Shown here one piece after another: positions 7,878 through 18,182 of a stretch of DNA of 32,000 nt (position 1 is its first letter; the number at the start of each line of letters is the position of its first letter). The stretch spans positions 1-32,000 of the forward strand of contig JAQTTP010000001.1 of the NCBI GenBank assembly GCA_028710695.1, read 5' to 3'. A program made the translations under genes and the position numbers. Under the pieces are notes generated by a model that saw nothing but the letters and a program-made list of their open reading frames with translations, made no database searches and had not been told where the DNA came from. This stretch comes from Candidatus Iainarchaeum sp. (GTDB lineage: Archaea > Iainarchaeota > Iainarchaeia > Iainarchaeales > 0-14-0-20-30-16).

Positions 7878-9686
7878 ATGACAAAAATTTACTTTCGGCA
7901 CGACAACTACAGAGAGGAACAAAATGCCCTTGTAAAAGACATCGCAAAAGTCTTACAAGAAAACAAGACTGGGTTGTTTGAGGCGCCCACAGGGCTAGGA
8001 AAAACTGATGCTGCCCTTGCGACCGCAATTTCTTATACCGAAAAAAAAACTATTTTCTTTGTCACCCCAAAAACTTCACAGCATAAAATTGCTTTAGATG
8101 TTGTTAAAGGGTTGAACAGAAAGTATTCTCTTGATTTAAAGGCAGTAAACATACTTGGAAAACAAAAAATGTGCTCAGAAATCCCACTTATGAATAATGC
8201 ACGCGGGTTTTACGAGTTTTGTGAAAGCAAAATGAGAAGCAATAATTGCCAAGCATATAAAAATTTTAAAACCAAAAATTACAACAAAAATATTTTTCTT
8301 GAAAATGAATTAAGTGCAGAAGATATTCTAGAATTTGGAATTGGAAACAAAGTTTGTCCATACGAATTAGCAATAGAATTATGCAAAAAAGCAAATGTGA
8401 TAGTTTGTGACTACAATTATCTTTTCAATAATAAAATTCGTGAAGCATTTTTTCAAAAAACTGGCAAAGAATTGGGGGACAGTGTAATAATTGTAGATGA
8501 AGCACACAACTTGGCAGACAGGATTAGGTCTAATTCGTCTTATGCATTAAATAAAAAAATGATTGCGCAAGCAATAAAAGAAGCAGACATTATTGATAGT
8601 AAAGAGTTCTTAGAGCTTTCTGAAAAACTAAAGCAAGTCTCCGAATTGTTTAAAGAAAAATATAAAGATTCCGAGTTTTTGGTTGAAAAAGATTTGTTTA
8701 AGGATATTTTTTCAAAGTTTGAAGAATTACCAACATTGGAAGCTGAGCACATAAAAGAAATTGCAAAAAAAACAAAAGAAGGAGAATTAATTTTGCCTTA
8801 TGTTTATTCATTTTTTTCAAATTGGTTTGAAAATCACAAATCAATTATTAGATTTTTCAAAACAGAAAACGACAAAGATTATAATTTAGTTTTAAAATTT
8901 TTGGATCCATCTTTTGTAACAAAAACTGTTTTTGAAAATGCAAATTCGGCAATATTAATGTCTGGAACTCTTTCACCATTTAAAATGTATGTTGATATTT
9001 TGGGTTTACCAAAAGACACGCTTTGTTTTAAGTACAATAGCCCATTCCCAAAAGAAAATAAACTTGTAATGTATGATGATTCTTTTAGCACAAAATATGA
9101 ATTACGAAATAATCACGACACAGAAGAAATAACTAACAAAATTGCAAGTATAATAAATGAAATTTCTGGAAATGTTGCAATATTTTTACCATCACACGGC
9201 CTGGCTGCAGAATTTTATAATTCATTGTCCAGAAAAACTGTAAAAAAGATTTATATGCAAGATAAAAATGCACAAAAATCAAAAAAGATTGTGGATGATT
9301 TCAAAAAATCAAGAGGCTTGGGATCTGTACTTATTGGTGTTTTAGGAGGATCATTTTCTGAAGGATTAGATTTTCCCGGAGAAGAGCTTGTTGGTGTTTT
9401 CGTCTTAGGCATTCCATTTCCAGAGCCAACATTAGAAATTAAAGAATTGATAAAATATTATGACGAAAGATTCGGGAATGGCTGGAATTACGGATATACA
9501 TATCCAACAATTTCAAAAGTTGTGCAAGCCACAGGAAGAGTAATAAGAACACATACAGACAGAGGCTTTGTTGTGTTGATAGATCAACGTTATACTTGGA
9601 AAAAGTATTCTGATTTGCTCCCTGATGACTTAAGGCCAAACACTTTAATGTCAAACAAATTAATTGAAAGTTTTTTTAAGAATTAA
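7878..9686 (+). CDS. XPD/Rad3 (DinG-like) FeS superfamily 2 DNA helicase
   Basis: GLFEAPTGLGKTDAALA (Walker A), IIVDEAHN (DEAH), four-Cys FeS region (MCSEI...FCESKMRSNNC...KVCPYE), QATGRVIR motif VI. Confidence 0.9.
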   Translation: MTKIYFRHDNYREEQNALVKDIAKVLQENKTGLFEAPTGLGKTDAALATAISYTEKKTIFFVTPKTSQHKIALDVVKGLNRKYSLDLKAVNILGKQKMCSEIPLMNNARGFYEFCESKMRSNNCQAYKNFKTKNYNKNIFLENELSAEDILEFGIGNKVCPYELAIELCKKANVIVCDYNYLFNNKIREAFFQKTGKELGDSVIIVDEAHNLADRIRSNSSYALNKKMIAQAIKEADIIDSKEFLELSEKLKQVSELFKEKYKDSEFLVEKDLFKDIFSKFEELPTLEAEHIKEIAKKTKEGELILPYVYSFFSNWFENHKSIIRFFKTENDKDYNLVLKFLDPSFVTKTVFENANSAILMSGTLSPFKMYVDILGLPKDTLCFKYNSPFPKENKLVMYDDSFSTKYELRNNHDTEEITNKIASIINEISGNVAIFLPSHGLAAEFYNSLSRKTVKKIYMQDKNAQKSKKIVDDFKKSRGLGSVLIGVLGGSFSEGLDFPGEELVGVFVLGIPFPEPTLEIKELIKYYDERFGNGWNYGYTYPTISKVVQATGRVIRTHTDRGFVVLIDQRYTWKKYSDLLPDDLRPNTLMSNKLIESFFKN

Positions 9687-9700
9687 TTTTTGGCAAGCAA

Positions 9701-10474
9701 TTATAAAACTAGTACAGAAAGGATAACTCCAAACAAAATAAATGGGCCGAAAACTGGGAGATTTCTGTAAACTATTACTTCTGCAATCTTGTTTTCTTTT
9801 AATTTTGCCAATAACTTTTTATCGAAAAGCTTTGTGCCTGATTTGCCTAAACATTGCATATCTATAATGTCATCTTCTAGAATTTTATCTACTTTTATTT
9901 TGTGTGAAAAATCAAGATAAAAGTATTTCTGGAAAAGCAAAACAAATAAACAAACAAATAATAACAAGGCCGCAAGAATAGCCAATTCAACCCTATAAGA
10001 AAGAATTAAAAAAAACCCGCTTGCAAGACCAACCAATAAAGCAAGACAAAAATATATGGCTGTTTTTGCAATACCTTCTTTTAAATAATATTTTTTTGAA
10101 AAGAATGAATAAAAGAATTTGAATCCAAAGAATAATCCTGCTGACGCAGCCGCAACAAAAAACACTGGCAAAATAAACACAAATTTACCATACATTGGAA
10201 CAAGCAAGGAAAGACCCATAAAATATTTTATGTCCCCCCCACCAATTTTTCCATATCTGTAAAGAGGATAAAATATTACAAATACTGCGGCAGCGGAAAT
10301 CAAGCCAATATACCACGAACTTTTAAACGGAAGCAAAATCAGCCCAGCAATAATCATTGGATAGGTTATCCAGTCATAAATGTAAGTTGTTTTGTAATCA
10401 AAATAAGCAGCAAGAGAAGAAAAGAAAACAGTTAATCCAATTGAAATAAGTGTAACTATATCCATTTCAGTCAC
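9701..10474 (-). CDS. Archaeal prepilin/preflagellin peptidase (A24 family, FlaK/PibD-like)
   Basis: Polytopic; catalytic Asp motifs FDYKTTYIYDW and GKIGGGDIKYF (GxGD-type). Confidence 0.85.
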   Translation of the reverse strand: MTEMDIVTLISIGLTVFFSSLAAYFDYKTTYIYDWITYPMIIAGLILLPFKSSWYIGLISAAAVFVIFYPLYRYGKIGGGDIKYFMGLSLLVPMYGKFVFILPVFFVAAASAGLFFGFKFFYSFFSKKYYLKEGIAKTAIYFCLALLVGLASGFFLILSYRVELAILAALLLFVCLFVLLFQKYFYLDFSHKIKVDKILEDDIIDMQCLGKSGTKLFDKKLLAKLKENKIAEVIVYRNLPVFGPFILFGVILSVLVL

Positions 10475-11823
10475 TTTAATTTAAATTTCATCTTCTTTCT
10501 TTGCATTTTCATTATTTTTTTATCAAAGCCAAGTTTGGACATCATTTCTTTTGGATCCAAATTATCTTTTTCTGACAAAGAGCCAAGATTTTCTGCATTT
10601 GAAAACATATCTTTCATCATGTTGTACTGCTTTAGTAGATCTCTAACATCTTTTTCGTATGTTCCAGAACCTTTTGCAATTCTGTTTACTCTACTGCTCT
10701 TCAAAACATCTGGGTTTTTTCTTTCATACTCAGTCATACTGTCCAAAATGTGTTCATATTTTTTGAATTTATCATCTGCCATATCCATTACATTCTTGTC
10801 TATTTTTCCAATACCCAACATGCCCGCAAGTTTTGTAAAAGATCCAGCTTTTTTCAGAGTTTTCATCTGCTTTTTGAAATCATTTAGATCAAAATGTTTT
10901 AAGTTTAAGTCTCCAGATTCTAAATCAGAAAACTTTTCCATTAACTCTTGCAGATCACCATAACCCATTATTTTTGACAAATAACGTACTGGGTCAAAAG
11001 TAGTAATATCTTCTAATTTTTCACCAGTTCCAATAAAATAAACTGGCGCTTTTGTTTTTTTACAAGCAATTAGGGCAGATCCACCTTTTCCAGATCCATC
11101 CATTTTTGTTATTACAATTCCATTAATGTCCAAAATAGACGAAAATCCATCAACTTCTTTTTTTGCTATCTGGCCTATATCTGCAGACAAAACTAAAAAA
11201 GAATAATCAGGTTTAAACAAGTTATTTATTTTTGAAAGTTCTTGTTTCAATTCATCATCAAGAGAACTTCGGCCTGCAGAATCCAAAATAATTAAATCAC
11301 ATTTTGAAAGTTCTTTTAGCCCATTTTTAACAATTGAACCAATATCTTTTGAAGTTTCAGAATAAGAAATTGTGTCCAAATTATTTTTTTTAATGCTTTG
11401 GACTATTTGTTCATAAGCACCAGGCCTGTAAATATCTGCGCCGATTATTCCTACTTTTTTATTAAATTTTTTACTATAATAATTTGCTAATTTTACTGCA
11501 GAGGTTGTTTTTCCACTACCATACAAACCACACAATAAGATTCTTTTGGGATTTTGTGGAATTTCTGCAGTTGTTCCAAATATTTCTGCCAATAAATCGT
11601 ATACTTTTTTTATAAAATATTCTTTTGGACTTATTTCATCGGGAACTTTTTCGCTTGCAAGGTTTTCAACTTGCTTAGATAAATCAAATACAACTTCGAT
11701 ATCAACGTCAGAGGCAATTAAAGTTCTTTGCAATTCTTTGTTAAATTCTGCAATGTTATCCTTTGTTAAGAACTGCTTACTAGAGAACTTGTCAAATATT
11801 TCCCTTAATTTATCTCCAAGCAT
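10471..11823 (-). CDS. srp54: Signal recognition particle 54 kDa protein
   Basis: NG domain motifs LLCGLYGSGKTTSAVKLA, DSAGRSSLD, TKMDGSGKGG; C-terminal M domain. Confidence 0.95.
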   Translation of the reverse strand: MLGDKLREIFDKFSSKQFLTKDNIAEFNKELQRTLIASDVDIEVVFDLSKQVENLASEKVPDEISPKEYFIKKVYDLLAEIFGTTAEIPQNPKRILLCGLYGSGKTTSAVKLANYYSKKFNKKVGIIGADIYRPGAYEQIVQSIKKNNLDTISYSETSKDIGSIVKNGLKELSKCDLIILDSAGRSSLDDELKQELSKINNLFKPDYSFLVLSADIGQIAKKEVDGFSSILDINGIVITKMDGSGKGGSALIACKKTKAPVYFIGTGEKLEDITTFDPVRYLSKIMGYGDLQELMEKFSDLESGDLNLKHFDLNDFKKQMKTLKKAGSFTKLAGMLGIGKIDKNVMDMADDKFKKYEHILDSMTEYERKNPDVLKSSRVNRIAKGSGTYEKDVRDLLKQYNMMKDMFSNAENLGSLSEKDNLDPKEMMSKLGFDKKIMKMQRKKMKFKLK

Positions 11824-11875
11824 ATAATATCTGTATGATAGATAATTAATAAAAAGAATTGGTCTATATTTATAT

Positions 11876-12766
11876 ATGCCTAAACCTTTGAAAATTGGAA
11901 GAGAAAGAATTACTTGTGGGAATGAAATTATATCCCGGAGGCAGGGAAGAAAACTTATCGAACTTATGAGGCGACATCAAGACCATGGAGAAGTAGTTCC
12001 GCTATTAAAGAAAGTAGGGCAATATGTAAGAGTAAAAACAGTACAATTTTCAAATCCAGCAAAGTTAATAGTACATAATTCTACCGGATCACTACACAAT
12101 GCCGCTTTATGGAGTACTATTAAACTGTATATTTCAAATATCCGAAAAAGGGATCCGAGAACACTTCCTATTCTTTTAAATGAATTGGCAGAAACATTGA
12201 GGACCGCAAATGCAAGTATAGATTTAGGAACAGCAAGAATTACTTCTAACAAGAAAGAAAACGGCGCGAATTTACAACTTATTTTGGGGGAGCTAGAGAA
12301 AAGGGATGCTTTTGTGTACAAATGGGGAATTCCCGAGATATATGCTCAAAAAGAATCAAACACAACAATATTGGATTTACATTCTCATCCAGAAAGATCT
12401 CCTTTTTCTTTGGGGGATTTAACACTTGCGCTAAATCAAGATAATAATGTGGGCATAATAATTCCGCACAGAAATTCATATGAATTAATTGTAATTCCAG
12501 GAAAAGCTGGGTTAGAAAAAGCAATTATACTATATAAAATAAGACTAAACTACATAGAACAAGAAATTGCACGAGGCAGAAGGCCTTTACAAACAGAACT
12601 ACGTGGAATTACAAATTATTTTTCTTTTTTAAGAACATTTTTACGAAAACAGTTAGTCAGAAAACGGCTCTCTTACGAGGAATACAAAAGAGCAATCACT
12701 ATTTTAGATACCCCCACAAAAGCATTTAATCTAAAACAATTAAGGGAATTAAATATTGCAAAATAA
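11876..12766 (+). CDS. JAB/MPN-like domain protein, putative metallo-isopeptidase (296 aa)
   Basis: Motif TTILDLHSHPERSPFSLGDLTLA matches the HxHP...S..D JAMM zinc signature; Arg-rich N-terminal region unassigned. Confidence 0.6.
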   Translation: MPKPLKIGRERITCGNEIISRRQGRKLIELMRRHQDHGEVVPLLKKVGQYVRVKTVQFSNPAKLIVHNSTGSLHNAALWSTIKLYISNIRKRDPRTLPILLNELAETLRTANASIDLGTARITSNKKENGANLQLILGELEKRDAFVYKWGIPEIYAQKESNTTILDLHSHPERSPFSLGDLTLALNQDNNVGIIIPHRNSYELIVIPGKAGLEKAIILYKIRLNYIEQEIARGRRPLQTELRGITNYFSFLRTFLRKQLVRKRLSYEEYKRAITILDTPTKAFNLKQLRELNIAK

Positions 12767-12786
12767 AAAAAGAAAAAATAAAACCC

Positions 12787-13488
12787 CTACTCAAATTTAG
12801 GAGGGTCTTCAAAATAATATTTTACTGTTGCTTTTAACAAACCAAGATAAATTGGTTCCTCTTCTTTTCTTAGGCTTGCAAAGTTGATTTTTACAACTGT
12901 GTCTTTGTCCTTTTTTTCAATAGAATAATTTTTTATTTTTTCTTTTGGCAAAGCCGCAGAAATAAATTTTTCTATTCTTTCTTTACCAGTTGGAATTAAT
13001 TTTAATTTATAATAAACTTCTATTTTGTGGTTTGCAAACGGAGAATTAAAATCTACTAGAACTCTTCCACCAGTAACACTTTTTACAGTTCCAACTCTGC
13101 CATCGGCATTAACTTGTAGCCCAACAAAAGGGTTAATTTTATTGTCTCTAAAATCGCTAGCAGCAATTACTCTTAGCAATTCTGCTTTTCTTATTCCATA
13201 TGCATCTTTAGGTTCTAAAACTAGGTAAAATTCTTCTCCAACTTTTAGAGTTTTTAATTTTTCTTCAGTTTTTCTAAAAGCAGAACCAACACCTTCTAGA
13301 ACTACTTTTTCACCATTGAAAAACAAGGCAGGATTATTTGATTTTACATTACTTTCAATAACTTTTCCAACAGTCAAATCTTTAATGTAATAGTCAACAA
13401 CATAAATTCCTTTGACTTCTTTCTTAACGTCTTTTTTTGATTCCACTTTAACACTTTCTTTATTTTCTTCTTGTTTCTTTACTACCAT
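12787..13488 (-). CDS. FKBP-type peptidyl-prolyl cis-trans isomerase (SlyD-like, archaeal long type)
   Basis: KVVLEGVGSAFRKTEEKLKTLKVGEEFYLVLEPKDAYG ... VDFNSPFANHKIEVYYKL typical of FKBP/SlyD. Confidence 0.85.
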   Translation of the reverse strand: MVVKKQEENKESVKVESKKDVKKEVKGIYVVDYYIKDLTVGKVIESNVKSNNPALFFNGEKVVLEGVGSAFRKTEEKLKTLKVGEEFYLVLEPKDAYGIRKAELLRVIAASDFRDNKINPFVGLQVNADGRVGTVKSVTGGRVLVDFNSPFANHKIEVYYKLKLIPTGKERIEKFISAALPKEKIKNYSIEKKDKDTVVKINFASLRKEEEPIYLGLLKATVKYYFEDPPKFE

Positions 13489-13499
13489 TAAATCACCTA

Positions 13500-15014
13500 T
13501 TATTTTTTTACCTTTTTATCATCAACTTCAATTCCTTCAGGCCTCAATAAAGGGAATATTACACATTCTCTCATTGGCCTATTCATTAATGTTGCAAATA
13601 ATCTTTCTGAAACACCAAATCCACATGCCGGCGGCATACCATATTTCAAGGCTTCAATGAAATCTTTATCATGGTCTTGCGCTTCAACATCGCCTTGTGC
13701 TTTTAACTTGGCTTGTCTCTCAAATCTTCCTTCTTGGTCAATTGGATCATTTAATTCAGAATAACCATTTCCAATTTCGCTTCCAGCAAGGATAACTTGG
13801 AACTGTTCAACTTTTCTTGGATCCTCTTTTTTTCTTTTTGCAAGAGGAGATAATTCAACTGGTTGGCCAACTAAAAATCCAGGGCCAGACAATTGCTTTC
13901 TACAATGTTTCCACAGAACATCAATTAATCTCCATTTGTCTACTTTTGGATCATACACCATACCAAGTTCATCAAGTTTTTTCTTTATTTCTTTTTCTGT
14001 TGCTTTGTAAATATCAATTCCTGTTTTTTCTTTTATAACTTTTTCAAAGTCATATTTTTCCCATTTTTTTGACATATCTACTTTGTAACCTTTTGATTCA
14101 AATTTCAATGTCCCTAAAACTGCTTTTGTTACTTCTTTATACATCTCTTCAACTAATTCCATTCCGTTGTCATAATTTGCATAGCCCCAATAAAATTCCA
14201 TTTGGGTATAATCCTGCAAATGCTCCATATCCATTCCTTCATTTCTAAATTGCCTACCAAGTTCAAATGTTTTTTCATAGCCGGCAACTAGAAGTCTTTT
14301 TTGCCACAATTCACCCATTGAAATACGCAAATAAACATTAATGTCCAAAGCGTTATGGTGTGTTTTAAATGGTTCTGCTGATGCACCACCTGCGGAATTC
14401 TCAAGCACAGGAGTTTCAACTTCCAAAAATCCGTTTTTAACTAAAAAGTTTCTAATTGTGCCCCAAAAAATCTGTTTTTTTACAAATAATTCTTTTACTT
14501 CTTGGTCCATTATTATGTCCAAATATCTTTTTCTAAATTTGTCTTCTTCATCTTTTAAACCATGAAATTTATCTGGCAATGGCAAGATAGATTTTGAAAG
14601 AATTTGCAATTCATTTGCCAAAACAGAAAGTTCTCCTGTTTTTGTTTGCATTACTTCTCCCTTAACACCAATTATGTCCCCGGCATCTGTTTTTTTGAAC
14701 AATGCCATTGTTTTTTCAGGTGTTTCGTCCTTTTGAAAAATTACTTGAATAAATCCTTTAAAATCTTGCAATTTAACGAAATTTAGCTTTCCAAACTCTC
14801 TTTTCGTCATCATTCGGCCAGCAACAACAACTGTTTTTCCGCTTTTTTCATCATTTTTAAGTTTAGAAAAATCCCCAATAATATCAGAAGTCCAAACACG
14901 TTTTCCAGTAATTTCGAACTTACTTGGGAATGATTCAATTCCTTCAGCGTTCATATCAGCTATTTTCTTTAGCCTTTGATCAACAATTTGCTGTCCTCTT
15001 CCTTTTGATTCCAT
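13500..15014 (-). CDS. lysS: Lysyl-tRNA synthetase, class II
   Basis: OB-fold start plus class II motifs: FKTHHNALDINVYLRISMGELWQKRLLVAGYEKTFELGRQFRNEGMDMEHLQDYTQMEFYW; C-terminal CGFGVSERLFATLMNRPMRECVIFPLLRP. Confidence 0.95.
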   Translation of the reverse strand: MESKGRGQQIVDQRLKKIADMNAEGIESFPSKFEITGKRVWTSDIIGDFSKLKNDEKSGKTVVVAGRMMTKREFGKLNFVKLQDFKGFIQVIFQKDETPEKTMALFKKTDAGDIIGVKGEVMQTKTGELSVLANELQILSKSILPLPDKFHGLKDEEDKFRKRYLDIIMDQEVKELFVKKQIFWGTIRNFLVKNGFLEVETPVLENSAGGASAEPFKTHHNALDINVYLRISMGELWQKRLLVAGYEKTFELGRQFRNEGMDMEHLQDYTQMEFYWGYANYDNGMELVEEMYKEVTKAVLGTLKFESKGYKVDMSKKWEKYDFEKVIKEKTGIDIYKATEKEIKKKLDELGMVYDPKVDKWRLIDVLWKHCRKQLSGPGFLVGQPVELSPLAKRKKEDPRKVEQFQVILAGSEIGNGYSELNDPIDQEGRFERQAKLKAQGDVEAQDHDKDFIEALKYGMPPACGFGVSERLFATLMNRPMRECVIFPLLRPEGIEVDDKKVKK

Positions 15015-15100
15015 GATAAAAATATTGGGGTATAGGATTTATAAATGATTGCTACAAGTAATATATATAATACTTAACTGTAACACTTACTGGGATAAAC

Positions 15101-15508
15101 ATGGAAAATTACGACAAATTATTAGACAAGGCTTTTGAAAAAATCAAATCTAGCAAAGAAACTGAGGGCCGTTTCGAACTTATAGAACCTGACTCTTTAA
15201 TTCAAGGAAAAAAGACATTAATTAAAAATTTACAAGCAATTGCAAAAAATTTAAACAGAGACATAAACCACATTGCAAAATATTTTGCAAAAGAAACTGG
15301 TGCTGTTGGAAATTTGGATGGTGGAAAATTAATACTTAATAGTGCAATTTTACAAACAAAAATAAAATTGATTTACAATAATTATCTTGATGCTTATGTT
15401 TTTTGTAAACAATGTAAAAAACCAGACACAAAATTCCTGACTGAAAAAGGAGCACAAGTAATTAAATGTGAAGCTTGCGGTGCAATGACTTCAGTAAAAA
15501 AGATTTGA
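15101..15508 (+). CDS. Translation initiation factor aIF2 subunit beta
   Basis: 135 aa; C-terminal zinc ribbon CKQCKKPDTKFLTEKGAQVIKCEACGA. Confidence 0.92.
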   Translation: MENYDKLLDKAFEKIKSSKETEGRFELIEPDSLIQGKKTLIKNLQAIAKNLNRDINHIAKYFAKETGAVGNLDGGKLILNSAILQTKIKLIYNNYLDAYVFCKQCKKPDTKFLTEKGAQVIKCEACGAMTSVKKI

Positions 15509-15517
15509 GGTGAATAG

Positions 15518-15829
15518 TTGACAGAAGAAATTTCAAATGAATTTAGTTTAAAGATGCCAAACCAAAAAAACAACGAGCATTTAGCAATTGTAACTTTACA
15601 AACTGGTGCTGAATTTTTAAAAGCAATGTGCGACGACAAGATAGAAAGATCTTGTAGAGTTCCTGGAAGATTAAGAAGAAAAATTTGGCTAAGAGAAAAT
15701 GATGTAGTTATAATAAAAATTTGGGAGTATGATCCAAAAAAAGCAGATATTATTTGGAAGTATTACCCACACCAAGTAAAAAGATTAAGAGCAACAGGCG
15801 CCTTACAAGGAATAGATATTCCTGAATGA
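15518..15829 (+). CDS. Translation initiation factor aIF1A (TTG start)
   Basis: S1/OB-fold protein: VTLQTGAEFLKAMCDDKIERSCRVPGRLRRKIWLRENDVVIIKIWEYDPKKADIIWKYYPHQVKRL. Confidence 0.92.
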   Translation: MTEEISNEFSLKMPNQKNNEHLAIVTLQTGAEFLKAMCDDKIERSCRVPGRLRRKIWLRENDVVIIKIWEYDPKKADIIWKYYPHQVKRLRATGALQGIDIPE

Positions 15830-15847
15830 TTTAGGCCTTGCAACTAT

Positions 15848-17446
15848 GTGATATTTATGGACGTTAAACCAGTAGTTTCTAAACATTTCAAAGATTACAG
15901 CCTAATAAAGCCAAAAAATAAAGGCTTTGGAGATTTAACAATTGTAATAAAAGAGCCTGAAGAAAAAAAGATTAAAATCTTGAAAAAAGATCTTGAAAAG
16001 TTTGAGGGAATCGAAAAGGTTGAACAAAAAGGGCTATTTCTAAACATTTTTTACGAACCAATCCCATATTTTTATAATTCTAAAAAAACAAAAAAAGGCA
16101 ATGTAAAAACAATGATAGAATATTCTCAACCAAACCCAAATAAAGAAATGCATGTTGGCCACTTAAGAGGCGCGATATTGGGGGAGGCACTAGCAAGAAT
16201 AGTTGAACAAAGGCAAACAGTAATTAGGGCAACATTGTACAACGATAAAGGCATACATATGTCAAAAACAATTTTGGGATATTTAGAAAATAAAAACAAA
16301 AAAGAAGATACTCCAAAGTTCATCAATGATTGTTATACGATTTATTCTAAATTAGAGGAACAAGATGAAAAATATAAAGACCTTGCTCAAGAAATTTTGG
16401 TTAAATGGGAAAACAAAGACAAAGAAACTTGGAAAATCTGGCAGAACATAAGAGATATTTCAATTAAAGGTTTCCATGATGTTTACAGATTGTTAGACAT
16501 TAAATTTGATGCGGAATATTATGAAAGCGAAGTTTATGAAGCAGGAAGAAAGGCAGTTCTTGAAAAATACAACGAGGGAATTGTAGAAATTGACAGAAGT
16601 GGAAATTATATAGTAAGATTAGATTCTTTACCAGAAAAAGTTGTTTTAAGGGCAGATAATACGACAATTTATGCCACCGCAGACATTGCACTTACTGAAA
16701 AAAAGTTTACTGATTATAATTTAGACAGAAGTATTACAGTTACAGATAATGCACAAAATTTATACTTCAAACAGCTTGCAGAAATTCTAAAAAAATTCAA
16801 ATATAATTTTGGGGATAAATTCGAGCACGTAGGATATGGCACAGTAACTTTAAAAACCGGAAAAATGAGCAGCAGAAAAGGAAATATAATTACTGTTTTT
16901 GATTTTTACAATACTTTATTTGCAGAGGCATATAAACAAACAAAAGGAAAGAGGCCAGATTTATCAGAAAAAGAAGTTAATGCTATTGCAGAAGGCGTTA
17001 CTTTAGCAGCAATGAAATATTACATTCTAAAATACGATGCAAAAGTAGATATGGTTTTTGACTTAGAAAAAAGTTTGGACTTAAAAGGTGACACAGGCCC
17101 GTACTTGTTGTACAATTATGTAAGAACAAAAAGTATTATAGAAAAATCAAAAATAAAACCGACAACAATCACAGAAGTATACACAGAAAAAGAAAAAGAA
17201 GTTCTAAGAATGCTTTCAGAATTCAATACAAAAATCGATGACTGTGTTAAGCATTTGACAACACATTTCTTAGCAAAATATTTGTATGATTTGACTTCTT
17301 TATTGAATTCTTATTATGAAGAAACAAAAATAATTGACAACGATCTCAAAAAAATGAAGAATAGAATTTCTTTGTTGAATGAGGCAAATTCCATAATAAA
17401 AGATGGGTTAAATTTATTAGGAATAAAAGTAGTTGAAGAAATTTAA
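15848..17446 (+). CDS. argS: Arginyl-tRNA synthetase
   Basis: Class I motif NPNKEMHVGHLRGAILGEALARI; ArgRS C-terminal alpha-bundle. Start is GTG 15848 or ATG 15857. Confidence 0.93.
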   Translation: MIFMDVKPVVSKHFKDYSLIKPKNKGFGDLTIVIKEPEEKKIKILKKDLEKFEGIEKVEQKGLFLNIFYEPIPYFYNSKKTKKGNVKTMIEYSQPNPNKEMHVGHLRGAILGEALARIVEQRQTVIRATLYNDKGIHMSKTILGYLENKNKKEDTPKFINDCYTIYSKLEEQDEKYKDLAQEILVKWENKDKETWKIWQNIRDISIKGFHDVYRLLDIKFDAEYYESEVYEAGRKAVLEKYNEGIVEIDRSGNYIVRLDSLPEKVVLRADNTTIYATADIALTEKKFTDYNLDRSITVTDNAQNLYFKQLAEILKKFKYNFGDKFEHVGYGTVTLKTGKMSSRKGNIITVFDFYNTLFAEAYKQTKGKRPDLSEKEVNAIAEGVTLAAMKYYILKYDAKVDMVFDLEKSLDLKGDTGPYLLYNYVRTKSIIEKSKIKPTTITEVYTEKEKEVLRMLSEFNTKIDDCVKHLTTHFLAKYLYDLTSLLNSYYEETKIIDNDLKKMKNRISLLNEANSIIKDGLNLLGIKVVEEI

Positions 17447-17453
17447 TTTTATC

Positions 17454-18140
17454 TTAATCAAAAGATATTTCTAAATCTCTTGCAACTCTATCTATTTTCT
17501 TTATCATTTCATTTTCAGTATAAACTGTTATCACATAATTTCTATGGAAAATAAGTTTCAAATTATGAGATTCAATAACAAAGTTTTTCATATTTTGACT
17601 ATATGCATATTCAATTAATTTTGGCAAGACAGTATAGCTAGCTCTCAAATAAGGGCCATCTTTTGCTACCCCCAACTTTTTTACAAAGTCGTCTGTTTTC
17701 ATGTCGCCAATAAATTCTGGCTTAAAAATATAACTTTCTGCAAATCCATCTAAAGATCCCGACAAAAATGCAAATATCTTCTGCGGATCTTGTACTTTAT
17801 ATTTTCTTATAGTTCTGTAGGTTTCTAAAAATAGAGCTACTTCTCTCAATTTTAGACTTACACTTGTGATTTGACTTTGTAAATCTATTAAGTCACTATA
17901 AAAATTACCGTAGTTTTCTAATAAGGCAGTTGTTTTTATGATCTGGCCAACTACTTTCTTGTCTTCGTTGCTCAAAGTTGTTTTTGACTTCAATTCATCG
18001 AAATATTTATGGACTTCTTGAAAATAAGTGATTATGGCTTCCATTTCGCTAAAGGTCTTACGACTTTTAGTTAAATTTTTTTCTATCTTCTTTATACTAT
18101 CCTTAACTATAGTCTTATCTAGAACCATTTTACACCACAT
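17454..18140 (-). CDS. Hypothetical soluble helical protein (228 aa)
   Basis: Full-length ORF filling the gap between neighbours; no family recognised. Confidence 0.55.
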   Translation of the reverse strand: MWCKMVLDKTIVKDSIKKIEKNLTKSRKTFSEMEAIITYFQEVHKYFDELKSKTTLSNEDKKVVGQIIKTTALLENYGNFYSDLIDLQSQITSVSLKLREVALFLETYRTIRKYKVQDPQKIFAFLSGSLDGFAESYIFKPEFIGDMKTDDFVKKLGVAKDGPYLRASYTVLPKLIEYAYSQNMKNFVIESHNLKLIFHRNYVITVYTENEMIKKIDRVARDLEISFD

Positions 18141-18182
18141 AAAATATAGAAGTAGAGGGCTTTTAAAATTATGCCAAACCGG

